Assembly (NCBI GenBank): GCA_963514005.1
Contig: OY740784.1
Location: forward strand, 92,814,001 to 92,878,000
From: Raja brachyura
Taxonomy: Eukaryota
DNA length: 64,000 nt
Direction of reading: 5' to 3'
In this document: positions 38,891-52,586 of the stretch, piece by piece
Layout of the letters: every line of letters starts with the position of its first letter
How positions within the stretch are numbered: the first letter of the stretch is position 1
The notes under the pieces: generated by a model
What the model saw: the letters and a program-made list of their open reading frames with translations, nothing else
Told to the model about the DNA's origin: nothing
Database searches by the model: none
Made by a program: the position numbers and the translations under genes

Positions 38891-41800
38891 AAGTGTTCAG
38901 TCTTCAGTTTTGTCTCTTTTCTCTAAAATGTCTTGCACCTCAGGCTATGATTCTTGCAGTGAATAATAGTAAGATTAAACGAGAACTTACCAGTTTGAAG
39001 TTTGATCTTTATTTTATGAGGAGTCGAGTTGAGGGACTACGTGAAGAACCCCGTACATGCGTCAATCTTCAAAGCAACGGTGTGAAATCACAGCAAATAA
39101 TAACTGAAGTATAATGTAAGATAAAGACTAGAACTACCAGATGAAATCTATGAGGGCTGGGAGCGGAGGGCACGTAGTCCCTCAACTCGACTCCTCATAA
39201 AGATCAAACTTCAAACTGGTAAGTTCTCGTTTAATCTTACTATTTTACTTCGGAGTCACGTGAGTGACTACGTGAAGACTTCAAAGATCTGTGATTTCAT
39301 GCCGTGTGAAACCAGTATACACAACCACAGCTGCTTCATTGACAAATGAAGGGAAAACATTCATAATGCATACAGTCATAACATAGATGTAAAACATGCT
39401 GATGCTGTTTAAATGAAACAATAATATTTCCATCTCACCCAGATGGAACATATAACCAGAACATAAATAGAGTTAACAATACTCCTGGTTCACCAATGGG
39501 TCATTACAGATGTTTGGAGATTCATTCGATGGACCATACTCCAGCCGCAACAATGCGACCCAGCGGAACATAAATACCCTTGCTGCTGATGTTGTAGCAG
39601 CCCTGGTGGAATGAGATCTGGAAACAGAATCCATTAGTACATAACACAACTCCGTTTTCCTCATCTGGAATGCCATGAACAATACGTTCTCCCAAATTCT
39701 TTGTGACTAACAACATTGCTAGTCCAGAACTCCAAGGCTCTTGATGACCTTGACATATTGTTGTATACATGTGTGCTTACCTTACCAAAGGTCCCCTGGT
39801 ATGCCTGTGACTATTTTGAGACCAGACCCCCTTCTGGTCTGCTCAAGTATTTATAACATATTATATATTATAATTTACAGACATTATCATCCTGTACCAT
39901 CACAATTATTTAGCGACTGAACCTGCTGCACTAAACCAGTGCCAGAAGGATAACTACCTAATAAACTCCAGCCAAATTTAAGGATATAGTTGCTGCCTCC
40001 TGGTGAAATAGTGTTCACAAATATCAACATCGCATATGGCATTATACTGGTCCTGGGACCCATGTTGAAGATATCCTACCCCTTGATAACCGGTGTGGAC
40101 CCGACAGCGAGTCTTGTTTGTTACAGCCAATTCAATGAGGAAGCTTATCGAGCCAATTAATGGCCGTATAACTCCATAAGTAACAGACAATCATTTAGCA
40201 TGAACTCGAAACATTAGCAATCAATACCATTTTCCATGGAACATAAGCATAACAAACTCTCTCATCTCCGGGAAAAGAAATTCAGCCATTTGGTGCTATG
40301 CAAACACTTTGAACACATAGAAGGATAGATGTAACAACCCAAACCTTAGGGCAGTTTGTTAGACCTGCAGAACATAAATTTGAGTTTATCATGCAACATC
40401 TGATTTCCGAAGCCTCAGGCTGAACAAGCAAATTCAAGTTTAAAATAACCAATAAGGTTATATAATTATTCGCAACAAATCGGGAATCAATTAGCATAAT
40501 CACACAATAGGAACTTAAAGCCTCTTAATGACTTTATTTGAAACCTCGATTGATGAGACAAAATGGAGGTAGCCATAAAAGACCCACCTGCTCCTTTTGG
40601 CGAGAATGTATCTTTCGCCACTGCTATGCCAACTATTTTGCAACCAGTGAAATAAACATGAAACCAACATACATATGTATACACATATATTCATATTAGG
40701 TGTTCCATTGAACCAGAATTTCATAATACAGTGCAATTCAACACCAACTCTGTGTTGCCATTACCCACACTTGATGATTCTCCTGTGGCAACAAAATTAT
40801 GTAACCATTCCAGTGATTCTTTAACCGATTGCACCCTTGTGACTAACATATGCCATCACAATGCATCAACCTGAACATGAGCATGACAATATGCTTATTT
40901 GTCCAATCACTCTATAGCCCATACAATGCCCGTAGAGTCTATAAATAGTTGATACTAATAACAGAACTTTTTGGGCAAGTCATGCAAATCTGTTCCATCT
41001 CCAAACTCGAGATGATCTTTCAGCTACTTGGTAACTACCTTAAATAGCAACTGTGGCCCGATTTCCGAGCCAGTCTAGCAAGACAATCTTGGTCCTTATA
41101 CTAAACCTGTCCAATTCTAACCTGCTTGAAAACCAATATTGTACATTTTACATTTACCATTCAAAGTAACTGATAATGTCTCAATCATTTGTACTGTATA
41201 ACTAAGTATACACCTTACCAAACTGCAAGTGGTCCCTTAATTGTAGAGTAGCACAAGTCCAGTGCGTGGAACCTCTGGCCAGCTTTCATGCTGCCAGCAA
41301 CTTCAGTGAACCGCTACTGCCAAAAAAGACATGGGATACATTGTTGCCAAAACTATGAAACCTTGCTTGTTCCAATAGCTTGTGCTTCGCCCTCCAGGTT
41401 ACACCTATGGAAAAGTCTTACCTGAATAGAAGATTCGGCAGCCAACTGTAATGTCCCCCTGAAAGCGGTGTTCACTGCATATTGTGTTTGGGATGGTAAC
41501 TTTCTTGCCAGGCATAGACCTCTGACACATGCCCCGATCTCTTGGGTATGCTCTATGGCTATACCCTTAGACTCGGCGTTAAACTATACCAATCCCACAT
41601 GCTCACCTCTTACATGAGGGAGCCATAAAGCAGGCCTGTTACAAAGCCCTGCTGACACCATTTCCCATTTAGGCCATTAGCACCAATTTGCAATAGAATA
41701 AAAGGTTTACCTAACAACTACTAGAGCAGTAATGAACACTGTTTGTCCATCATCGTGACATTATTAATTTCAGCTGGTGTTAACAATGACCTAGATGGCA

Positions 41801-42199
41801 CTTACTAATTAACCATTTAACAAAATAACTGTTGCACTACTTACACACCTGAATTGCATCTATGCACTTAACAATTAATCCAACGACTAGAACTGTTTTA
41901 TACCAACAACTGTTACCAAAGTCTTATTGACTGCAATCTGTTGCCCAGGCCGGCATCATGGCCAATTGAATACCTAAAGGTAAATCCCAACATCCTACAA
42001 ATCTATTTGATAGGACTTAATCTAACTGGATAGAGGAGCCCAATTTCTCAAATATAGTTTGAGACTAGACAGCGGATTTTAGCACAAGCGCTTTTAAACT
42101 GTGTATAGTTTTCTTTGAATACTTTTGTCATCATTCTGTTATATTGCCTTATCCTAACAATGCCTCCTCATCCCCCATGATCACTGTGAATGGGAATAC

Positions 42200-42720
42200 C
42201 CTACTAAACTGCTATTCCCATAAAGCAGCCCTAACAAGGTACCCCTGGTGCCCATGAAGCAGCCCTGAACAAAGTAGCTGCTGGCCCGGACTTTCCCATA
42301 GCCCAGTATTTGCCATAGATTTGGCATTCTCATCAAGCAGCCCTGAGCAAAGGTGCTGCTGGCATAACCTCTCCAATAGGCTAGCCTACCATAACTTGGC
42401 ATTCCCTTAGAGCAGTCCTGAGCAAAGGTACTGCTGGCACCGCCTTTGCAATAGGCTAGCCTGCCATAGTTTGGTATCCCCATGAGCAGCCCTGAGCAAA
42501 GGTGCTGCTGGCACAGCCTCTCCAATAGGCTAGCCTGCCATAGCTTGGCATCCCCGTGAGCAGTCCTGAGCAAAGGTACTGCTGGCACAGCCTCTCCATC
42601 AGGCTAGCCTACCATAGCTTGGCATCCCCATTAGCAGTCCTAAACAAAGGTACTGCTGACACAGCCTTTCCCATAGGCTGGCACTGCCATAACTTGACAT
42701 TCCCATGAAGCAGCCCTACC
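42200..42720. repeat. 74-bp tandem repeat (~6-7 copies) inside the DIRS element
   Basis: gagcagccctgagcaaaggtgctgctggcacagcctctccaataggctagcctgccatagcttggcatcccc recurs at 42410, 42484, 42558 and neighbouring positions. Confidence 0.9.
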
Positions 42721-42934
42721 TAAAAGTGCTGCTCTCTAAATTAATTCCCAGAGGTGAAATCTCCCAACTTTCCCATTTGTACTGACTATTTTGTCAGTTG
42801 TCCCCATATCCTGGGGATTATTGTAGTTTGGGAACCCCATAGGTGAATTTCCCCTCACCAGGAATCCATATAAATATAATATAATATATATAAATATATA
42901 CCCACGGTACCCTCCTGGCACGCAGGCTAATGAT

Positions 42935-43295
42935 TTATGTGAATTAACCCCATTACCTGGGGACTACTGTGGTCTGGGAACCACACATATACCTGGGTTT
43001 CCCCTGCACCGGGAACCCAGCCTAACCATTTAGGTTTGTTTTAACCCCATGCGCTGGGGACTACTGCGATGTAAACCACATATATTTGGGTTTCCCCTGC
43101 ACCGGGAACCCAGCTTAACCATTTAAGTTAGTTTTACCCAATGTCCTCGGGACTACTGCGGTCGAGAACCGCATATGCTTGAGTTTATCCTCCCCGGGAA
43201 CCCAGGCTGACCGTTCAGGTCCGTTAAGCCCCATCCCCTGGGGACTACTGCGGTCTAAAACCGCACTATTCTTGGGTTTCCCCTACCCGGGAACC
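42935..43295. repeat. ~92-97-bp tandem repeat (4 copies) inside the DIRS element
   Basis: gggactactg...gggtttcccc...ccgggaaccca recurs at about 42960, 43057, 43149 and 43241. Confidence 0.85.
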
Positions 43296-46200
43296 CAACG
43301 TGTGGAGTCACTGACCGCGTTATCAGTGACTCCGATCGCGAACCCGACTTTCCCAGCTCTCCGCTTCCGCGGTCGGACCAGGGTTTTCCCCCAAAGCCCT
43401 AGGCTGGTTCCCTCGTCGGCTATCGCGAACATCCACTGCAAAAACCCCGGAGGTTCCTGCAGAGACCTAGAACAGGTAAGAAAAATAACACTTACCTGCA
43501 ACTTTTTTAGACTTACCATGGAGGAGCTGCGCTGCTCCACAGTCGTCTGCACGAAAAACGTCTGACGCCATGACGCACGAACGGCTGTACGGGGTTCTTC
43601 ACGTAGTCACTCACGTGACTCCGAAGTAAAATTTAATCATTGATTGCAACCTTAGTTAGCAGCATCAAAATGGTCTCATTATTAAAAGGTTCTCTTTCTA
43701 ATGTATATTCTCTCTAGCACTGGGCACGTCAAAGGCCTGAACCAGCCAGATTCAACCGTATACTGACCCTGTACCCCTTGATCTGCATGGTCTATTATTG
43801 CACCTGCTGATACTTAAGGCCCTCTGATTTACAGTAGTTAAATCAGTGTGTCAGTTGAATGTGCTTGCCTTCATCACATTTCGAAGGTAGGTACTGGGTC
43901 GCTCAAATAATTTACATGATGCTGGGTCTACATTATCTTAATTATTTATCACATTAGCTACATTGATGCCTGGATATTTGGAGATCAGAGGTAGAATAGT
44001 CTGCAAGGACGGATTGTACCTGAAATCAAGTATAGTAGAAAACCCACCTGAGGCATGAACAACAACCTGTAATGTTATTAACATGGGCTTTGGAATGTTA
44101 TTATTAAGACACACTATGCAATATGGCTGAGGAAGGCCAAGTAATTGCTGAGAAAGACAAGATTGGTTACCATTTTCTAGTTACAGCTTCATCTGAGTGT
44201 CAAAGTCACTGCAGCACAATGTTGAAAACATGTTTTAAATTAAGTACCACCCGCCTTATGCATCAACCAACTCTGTTTGATGTTACTTATCTGAAAATGT
44301 ATATCCTGATATGGAAATCATGATAGTAAAATAAATTCTGAAAATTGGAAAGCAGGCCAAAGAATTTATTACTCTAAAACTATGATTAAATATATTTTCT
44401 ATGGAGGTGGTGCGCATTCATCAAACTTATAACTCGCGTCTCCACCCATACTTCATCCAAAGCCTCGGCTTTGGTAAGGCCGCATTTGGAGTAGTGCATG
44501 TAATTCTTACCACCCCATTGCAGGAAAGATGTGGAAGCTTTGGAGAGGGTGCAGAGGAGGTTTACCAGAATGCTGCCTGGATTAGAGGGTTTCAGCTAAA
44601 GGAAGGTTGGATAGACTTGGATTGCATTTTATGGAATGTCGGAGACACTCGGAGCAGTCTTGCACTCATAGAAACATAGGAAATAGGTGCAGGAGTAGGC
44701 CATTCGGCCCTTCGAGCCTGCACCGCCATTCAATATGATCATGGCTGATCATCCAACTCAGTATCCTGTACCTGCCTTCTCTCCATATCCCCTGATCCCT
44801 TTAGCCACAAGGGCCACATCTAGCTCCCTCTTAAATATAGCCAATGAACTGGCCTCAACTACCTTCTGTGGCAGATAATTCCAGAGACTCACCACTGTGT
44901 GTGTGAAAAATGTTTTCCTCATCTCGGTCCTAAAGGAATTCCCCCTTATCCTTAGACTGTGACCCCTTGTTCTGGACCTCCCCAACATCGGGAACAATCT
45001 TCCTGCATCTAGCCTACCCAACCCCTTAAGAATTTTGTAAGTTTCTATAAGTTTCCCCCTCAGTCTTCTAAATTCTAGCGAGTACAAGCCAAGTCTATCC
45101 AGTCTTTCCTCATATGAAAGGCCTGACATCCCAGGAATTAGTCTGGTGAACCTTCTCTGTACCCCCTCTATGGCAAGAATGTATTTTCTCAGATTTGGAG
45201 ACCAAAACTGTACGCAATACTCCAGGTGTGGTCTCACTAAAACCCTGTACATCTGCAGTAGAACCTCCCAGCTCCTATACTCAAATCCTTTCGCTATGAA
45301 TGCTAACATACCATTTGCTTTCTTCACTGCCTGCTGCACCTGCATGCTTACTTTCAATGATTGGTGTACCATGACACCCAGGTTGCATCTCCCCTTTTCC
45401 TAATTTGCCACCATTAGGATAATAGTGTACCCTCCTGTTTTTGCCACCAAAGTGGATAACCTCACATTTATCCACATTATACTGCATCTGCCATGCATTT
45501 GCCCATTCTCCCAGCCTGTCCAAGTCACCTTACAGCCTCCTAGCATCCTCTTCACACCTAACACCAACCCCCAGCTTAGTGTCATCCGCAAACTTGGAGA
45601 TATTGCATTCAATTCCCTCGTCCAAATCATTAATATATATTGTAAATAGCTGGGGTCCCAGCAATGAGCCTTGCGGTACCCCACTAGTCACTGCCTGCCA
45701 TTCTGAAAAGGACCCGTTTACTCCTACCCTTTGTTTCCTGACTGCCAGCCAGTTCTCTATCCACATCAATACTGAACCCCCAATACCGTGTGCTTTAAGT
45801 TTTTATACTAATCTCTTATGTGGGACCTTGTCAAAAGCCTTCTGAAAGTCTAGATATAACACATCCACCGGTTCTCCCTTATCAACTCTGCTAGTTACAT
45901 CCTCGAAAAATTCTATAAGATTCGTCAGACATGATTTACCTTTCGTAAATCCATGCTGACTTTGTCTAATGATTTCACCACTCTCCAAATGTCCTGCTAT
46001 CCCATCTTTAATAACTGACTCTAACAGTTTCCCCACTACCGATGTTAGACTAACTGGTCTGTAATTCCCCGTTTTCTCTCTCCCTCCTTTTTTAAAAAGT
46101 GGGGTTACATTAGCTACCCTCCAATCCTCAGGAACTACTCGAGAATCTAAGGCGTTTGAAAAATTATCACTATGCATCCACTATTTCTGTGGCTACTTCC

Positions 46201-47355
46201 TTGAGTACTCTGGGATGCAGACTATCTTGCCCTGGGGATTTATCGGCCTTTAATCCATTCAATTTACCCAACCTGGATTTCACTCAGTTCCTCCACCTTA
46301 TTTGACCGCCGGTGCCCTGCTATTTCCGGCAGATTATTTATGTCTTCCTTAGTGAAGACAGAACCAAAGTAGTTATTCAATTGGTCTGCCATGTCCTTGT
46401 TCCCCATGATCAATTCACCTGTTTCTGACTGCAAGGGACCTACATTTGTTTTAACTAATCTCTTTCTCTTCACATATCTATAACAACTTTTGCAGTCAGT
46501 TTTTATGTTCCCTGCCAGTTTTCTTTCATAATCTATTTTCCCTTTCCTAATTAAGCCCTTTGTCCTCCTCTACTGAATTTCTCCCAGTCCTCTGGTAGGC
46601 TGTTTTTTCTGGCTAATTTATGTGCTTCATCTTTTGTTTTTATACTATCCCTGATTTCCCTTGTTATCCATGCATGCACTACCTGCCCTGATTTATTCTT
46701 TTGCCAAACTGGGATGAACAATTTTTGTAGTTCATCCATGCAGTCTTTAAATACCTTCCATTGCACATCCACTGTCAACCCTTTAAGAAGCACTTGCCAG
46801 TCTATCTTTGCCAATTCACTTCTCATACCTTCAAAGTTACCTTTGTTTAAGTTCAGAACCCTTGTTTCTGACTTAATTATGTCTATCCTAATGAAGAACT
46901 CAACCATATTATGGTCACTCTTGCCCAAGGGGCCCCGCACAACAAGACTGCTAACTAACTCTTCCTCATTACTCAATACCCAGTCTAGAATAGCCTGCTC
47001 TCTCGTTGGTTCCTCTACATGTTGGTTTAGAAAACAATCCCGCATGCATTCCAAGAAATCCTCTTCTTCAGCACACCTGCCCATTTCATTCACCCAATCT
47101 ATATGTAGATTGAAGTCACCCATTATAACTGTTTTACCCTTGTTGCACGCATTTCTAATTTCTAATTTCTAATTTTGTTTGATACCATCCCCAACTCCAC
47201 TACTACTGTTAGATGGCCTGTACACAACTCCCAGTAGCGTTTTCTGCCCCTTAGCGTTTCGCAGCTCTACCCATATCGATTCCACATCCTCCAAGCTAAT
47301 GTCCTTCCATTCTATTGCATTAATATCCTCTCTCACCAGCAATGCTACCCCACCC

Positions 47356-47980
47356 CAAGGATTTAAGTATAGGAGCAGGGAGGTTCTACTGCAGTTGTAC
47401 AGGGTTTTGGTGAGGCCACACCTGGAGTATTGCGTACAGTTTTGGTCTCCAAATCTGAGGAAAGACATCCTTGCCATAGAGGGGGTACAGAGAAGATTCA
47501 CCAGACTGATTCCTGGGATGTCAGGACTTTCATATGAGGAAAGATTGGATAGACTCGGCTTGTACTCGCTGGAATGTAGAAGATTGAGGGGGATCTTATA
47601 GAAACTTACAAAATTCTTAAGGGGTTGGACAAGCTAGATGCTGGAAGATTGTTCCCGATGTTGGGGGAGTCCAGAACAAGGGGTCACAGTCTAAGGATAA
47701 GGGGGAATTTCTTTAGGACCGAGATGAGGAAAACATTCTTTACACAGAGAGTGGTGAGTCTCTGGAATTCTCTGCCACAGAAGGTAGTTGAGGCCAGTTC
47801 ATTGGCTATATTTAAGAGGGCGTTAGATGTGGCACTTGTGGCTAAAGGGATCAGGGGGTATGGAGAGAAGGCAGGCACGGGATACTGAGTTGGATGATCA
47901 GCCATGATCACATTGAATGGCGGTGCAGGCTCGAAGGGCCGAATGGCCTACTCCTGCACCTATTTTTCTATGTTTCTATG
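47356..47980 (+). mobile_element. 5'-truncated CR1 of the same family inserted antisense into the endonuclease domain of the large CR1
   Basis: Near-identical reverse complement of 44670-45300, ending (ctatgttt)n. The host peptide RQKGKGG|GVALLVRE is split by it. Confidence 0.9.
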
Positions 47981-48624
47981 TTTGTACCTCCCTTTCCTTT
48001 CTGTCTATCCCTCCTGAATATTGAATATCCCTGGATGTTCAGCTCCCAGCCTTGGTCCCCCTGGAGCCATGTCTCCGTGATCCCAACTATAGCATAGTCA
48101 TTAATAGCTATGTGCACATTCAACTCGTCCTCCTTATTACAAATGCTCCTTGCATTGAGACACAAAGCCTTCAGGCTTGTTTTTACAACACTCTTACTCC
48201 TTATACAATTATGTTGACAAGTGGTCCCTTTTGATTTTTGCCCTGGATACCCACCACCTCTTATTCTCTGTTTATTATTTTTTTCTTCTTTCTCCCCTAC
48301 ATGTTGTGTCTGAGTGCTTCCCTTCTCTGCCTCCTGCCTCAGACCCTGTCTACTGGCTTTCTCTATTTTGAGTCCCTCCCTCCAACCGTTCTAGTTTAAA
48401 GTCCCCCCGGTAGCCTTTGCAAATTTCCCTGCCAGGATACTGGTCCCCCTCGGGTTCAAGTGCAACCCGTCCTTTTTATACAGGTCACTCCTTCCCCAAA
48501 AGAGGTTCCATTGATCCAGAAACTTGAATCCCTGCCCTCTGCACCAGTCCTCCAGCCAGGCATTTATCCTCCACCTTACTCCATTCCTACTCTCACTCTT
48601 TTCCTTAACTCTCTTCCTAACTCC

Positions 48625-49281
48625 CTAAATTCTCCTTTCAGGATCTCTTCTCTTTTTTTTACCTATGTCATTGGTACCAATATGTACCATGACCTCAGGC
48701 TCCTCTCCCTCCCTTTTCAGGATATCTTGGACACGTTCAGACACATCCCGGACCCTGGCACCAGGGAGGCAAACTACCATCCGGGTCTCCGGACTGCGTC
48801 CACAGAATCGCCAATCTGACCCCCTAACTATAGAGTCCCCTATTAATATTGCCCTCCTCTTCTTTTCCTTACCCTTCTGAGCAACAGGGCCTGTGTCTGT
48901 ACCGCAGGCCAGGTCGCTGTTGCTACCCCCAGGTAGGCTGTCCCCCCGAACAGCACTCAAACAGGAGTACTTATTTCCAAGGTGTACAGCCACTGGTGTA
49001 CTCTCTAGCGCCCGCCTCTGCCCCTTGCCTCTCCTAACTGTGACCCACGTGTCTGCCTCCTGTGGTTTTGGAGAGACTACCTCCCTGTAACTCCTCTCTA
49101 TGACCTTCTCACTCTCCCTGACCAGACGGAGGTCATCAAGCTGCTGCTCCATGTTCCTAACACACTCCTTTAGGAGTCCCATCTCGACACACCTGGCGCA
49201 GATGTGAACGTCTGGAGGGCTACCCGACTCCATGACCTCCCACATCTGACATCCAGAACAGTAAGCTGCCCTGACACTCAT
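48625..49281 (-). pseudogene. CR1 ORF1 (Zn-finger, coiled coil and SGNH/GDSL esterase domain)
   Basis: CSGC...CARC, IGDSIVRG, VCLPGARVRDV, HIGTND. Confidence 0.85.
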
Positions 49282-49434
49282 ACTTCCCTTACCCTAGACA
49301 CAACACAAAATACAATATACAATACAAAAAACAAAGTACAGTACACTACAAACTGCTGGAATCTGACTGCCAATCAGCTGCGTACTCAAGTCCACCAGTC
49401 AGCGGCTTCCTCAAGCCCAGTTAATTGAATAGAA

Positions 49435-52400
49435 CGTTAAGGATTTAGAACGCTATGGATTTCAGTCACTCCTCCCTCACCAACGGCTCCTGGGCATCTG
49501 TCCAACGGCTCCTGGGCCTCCTCTCATACAGCCGGCAGGAACTATTGAACCTCGGTTCCTGCGGATACAATAAATTTACGGACAAACTCCGTCTCCCTCC
49601 CGAACTTGCCAGTAGAGCGGAGCTGCGGGGCGGCGGAGCTGCGGGGCGGCGGACCTGCAGAGCGCACCAAATCAACTCGGCCGACCGGAAGCACCCACAG
49701 ACGGCGACGAGAACGCAAGCACTGCAGAGGATGCCGAGGTGGGTTAAAGGCTAGGTTAGAACGAGCCCCACACAGGCCATCGATTCCTAGCCTTTTCCTC
49801 GCCAACGTACGATCACTGGCAAACAAAATGGACGAACTCCGGCTACTGATCACCTCCCACAACTGGATCAAAGACTGCAGCATCCTGATCTTCACTGAAA
49901 CCTAGCTCAACACCGATGTTCCTGACAGCGCCATCAAGCTAACAGGGCGTCTTATACTCCGAGCGGACAGAACACCAGACTCCGGTAAGACCAGAGGTGG
50001 GGGTCTGTGCATTTATGTAAATAAAGCATGGTGCATGGACACCACCATCATTGAGAGTCACTGCTCAGCCAACCTAGAGTTCCTCTTGGTTAAATGCAGA
50101 CCGTTTTATCTGCCCAGAGAGTTTACCTCCACTGTTGTGACTGCAGCATATATTCCTCCTGAGGCTCATGCTAAGCTTGCAATGAAAGAGCTGCATACTG
50201 CCATTAGCAAAGAACAGACTCACAACCCCGAGGCAGCCTTCATTGTTGCGGGTGACTTCAATCACTCCAACCTGAAGACTGTACTCCCAAAATTCCACCA
50301 ACATGTCTCCTTCGCCACTAGAGAAGACAAGACACTGGACAAAGTTTACACAAATATGGCTGAAGCTTACAAAGCCTTTCCCCTACCCCACCTTGGTCAG
50401 TCTGATCACCTCTCATTGTTCCTGCTCCCTAAGTATTCACCACTCATCAGACGGGTAAAACCCACAGTGAGAACAGTTAAAGTTTGGTCAGAGGAGGCTG
50501 ACTCCACACTTCAGCACCATTTTGGAAACACTGACTGGAATGTGTTTGCAGCCCAGGCCACCTTCGACTCCCACACGGACATCGACACATATACATCCTC
50601 TGTTCTGGAGTTTATCAACTCCACCATCAACAGTGTCACCACCCTCAAACGGATTACCACATTCCCGAATCAGAAGCCATGGATGAACAGCGAGGTCAGG
50701 CTACTGCTGAAAGCATGGGACACCGCTTTCAGATCAGGCGATGCTCGAGCCTACAGTTCATCCAGGGCTAACCTGAAGAGGGGCATCAAGAAGGCCAAGC
50801 ATAGCTACAAGCTTAGGATTGAGGAGCATTTCAACAACAACTCCGACCCCCGACGCATGTGGCAAGGCATCCAGGCTATCACGGATTTCAGATATCCACC
50901 AACACCACCCCCATATCCAGCGACTCATCCTTCCTTGAGGAGCTTAACCACTTTTATGGCCGCTTTGACAGGGACAACCAAGAGATGGCCATCAAGGCTG
51001 TGCTCCCTGCTGATCACCAGCCCCTCACACTCACCCCCTACGACGTGTATCTAGCACTCAGTAGGATTAATGCACGTCAGGCTGCTGGCCCTGACGGCAT
51101 CCCCGGGCGCGTCCTCAGTACCTGTGCTGCGCAGCTGACAGGCGTCTGGACTGACATCTTCAATCTGTCACTTGCCCAAGCAGTTGTCCCCATGTGCCTT
51201 AAAACCACCTCCATCGTGCCGGTGCCAAAACACTCCACAACGACCTCCGCCCAGTTGCACTTACTCCCATCATCGCCAAGTGCTTCGAGAGGCTGGTCCT
51301 GGCACACCCCAAAGGCTGCCTACCTCCCACACTGGACCCCTATCTGTTTGCCTATCGCAAGAATAGGAGTACGGAGGATGCCATCTCAACGGCACTCCAC
51401 TCCGCCCTCTCCCAACTCGATAACAGAGACACCTACGTGAGAATGCTGTTCATTGACTTTAGCTCAGCATTTAACACCATTATCCCTTCAAAATAGATCA
51501 CCAAACTCAGCGACCAGGGCATCAACCCCTCCCTCTGCAACTGGATACTGGACTTCCTGACCACAGTCTGTTAGATTGGACAACCACACCTCTTCAACCC
51601 TCACCCTGAACACCGGCGTTCCACAGGGCTGTGTACTGAGCCCCCTCCTCTACTCCCTCTTCAGCTACGACTGCACACCTGAACATGGTTCTAACACCAT
51701 CATCAAGTATGCAGATGATACAATGGTGATTGGCCTCATCAGCGACAATGATGAGTCGGCCTATAGGGAGGAGGTTCAGCTCCTGGCAGCATGGTGTGCC
51801 GACAACAACCTGGCCCTTAACTCCAAGAAGACCAAGGAGCTCATTGTGGACTATAGAAGGTCTAGGGGCTGCACGCACACCCCCTTCCATATTAACGGGA
51901 CGGAGGTGGAACGTGTTTCCAGCTTCAGGTTTCTGGGGGTCAACATCTCTGATGACCTCTCTTGGACCCACACTACCTCTATACTGGTCAAGAAGACTCA
52001 CCAGTGTCTGTTCTTCTTGGGGAGACTGTCCATCTGTCTCCTGAGATTCTGGTGAACTTCTACCGGTGCACCATCGGGAGCATCCTTACCAACTGTATCA
52101 TAGTATGGTATGGCAACTGCTCTGTCTCTGACCGGAAAGCACTGCAGAGGGTGGTGAAAACTGTCCAACGCATCACCGGTTCCTCACTCCCCTCCATTGA
52201 GTCTGTCCATAGCAAGCGATGTCGGCGAAGGGCGCGGAGCATCGTCAAGGACTGGTCTCACCCCAGCCACAGACTGTTTACCCTCCTCCCATCCGGGAGG
52301 CGCTACAGGTCCCTCCGTTGCCGGACCAGCAGGTTCAGGAACAGCTTCTTCCCTGCGGCTGTTACAATACTTAACTCTGCACTTCGGTGATTGCCAGTCA

Positions 52401-52586
52401 CCCCCCCGGACACTCCTTCCCCCAGTATAATTGCACTACTGATACTGTTTGTACATATATATATTTTTTACCTAAGTTCATTATTCTAAGTTCGCTCTTC
52501 TGGGGAGATGGTAACTGCATTTTGTTGTCTCTGTACTGTACACTGCACAATGACAATTAAAGATTGAATTGAATTGAATTGAATTG
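49435..52586 (+). mobile_element. Rex1/Babar-type LINE, near full-length, with (AATTG)n tail
   Basis: LANVRSLANKMDEL, FTET, GDFN, SDH, PQGCVLSP, YADD, NSFFPAAV, then the tail aattgaattgaattg. Confidence 0.92.

Larger units (their letters stand above)
38965..43632 (-). mobile_element. DIRS-type tyrosine-recombinase retrotransposon with intact ITR/ICR architecture and decayed ORFs
   Basis: ICR 39171-39278 is the reverse complement of the left end (38965-39043) fused to the reverse complement of the right end (~43597-43632). Perfect 23-bp ITR at 39035-39057 / 43586-43608. YR motif SHSTRAATTSAA at ~39600. Confidence 0.9.
44668..49420 (-). mobile_element. Near full-length CR1 (HER1-like) LINE: ORF1, ORF2 and 3' tail, interrupted at 47356-47980
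   Basis: ORF2 [54 protein letters not shown], plus the 3' tail hairpin ggccgaatggcc. Confidence 0.93.
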
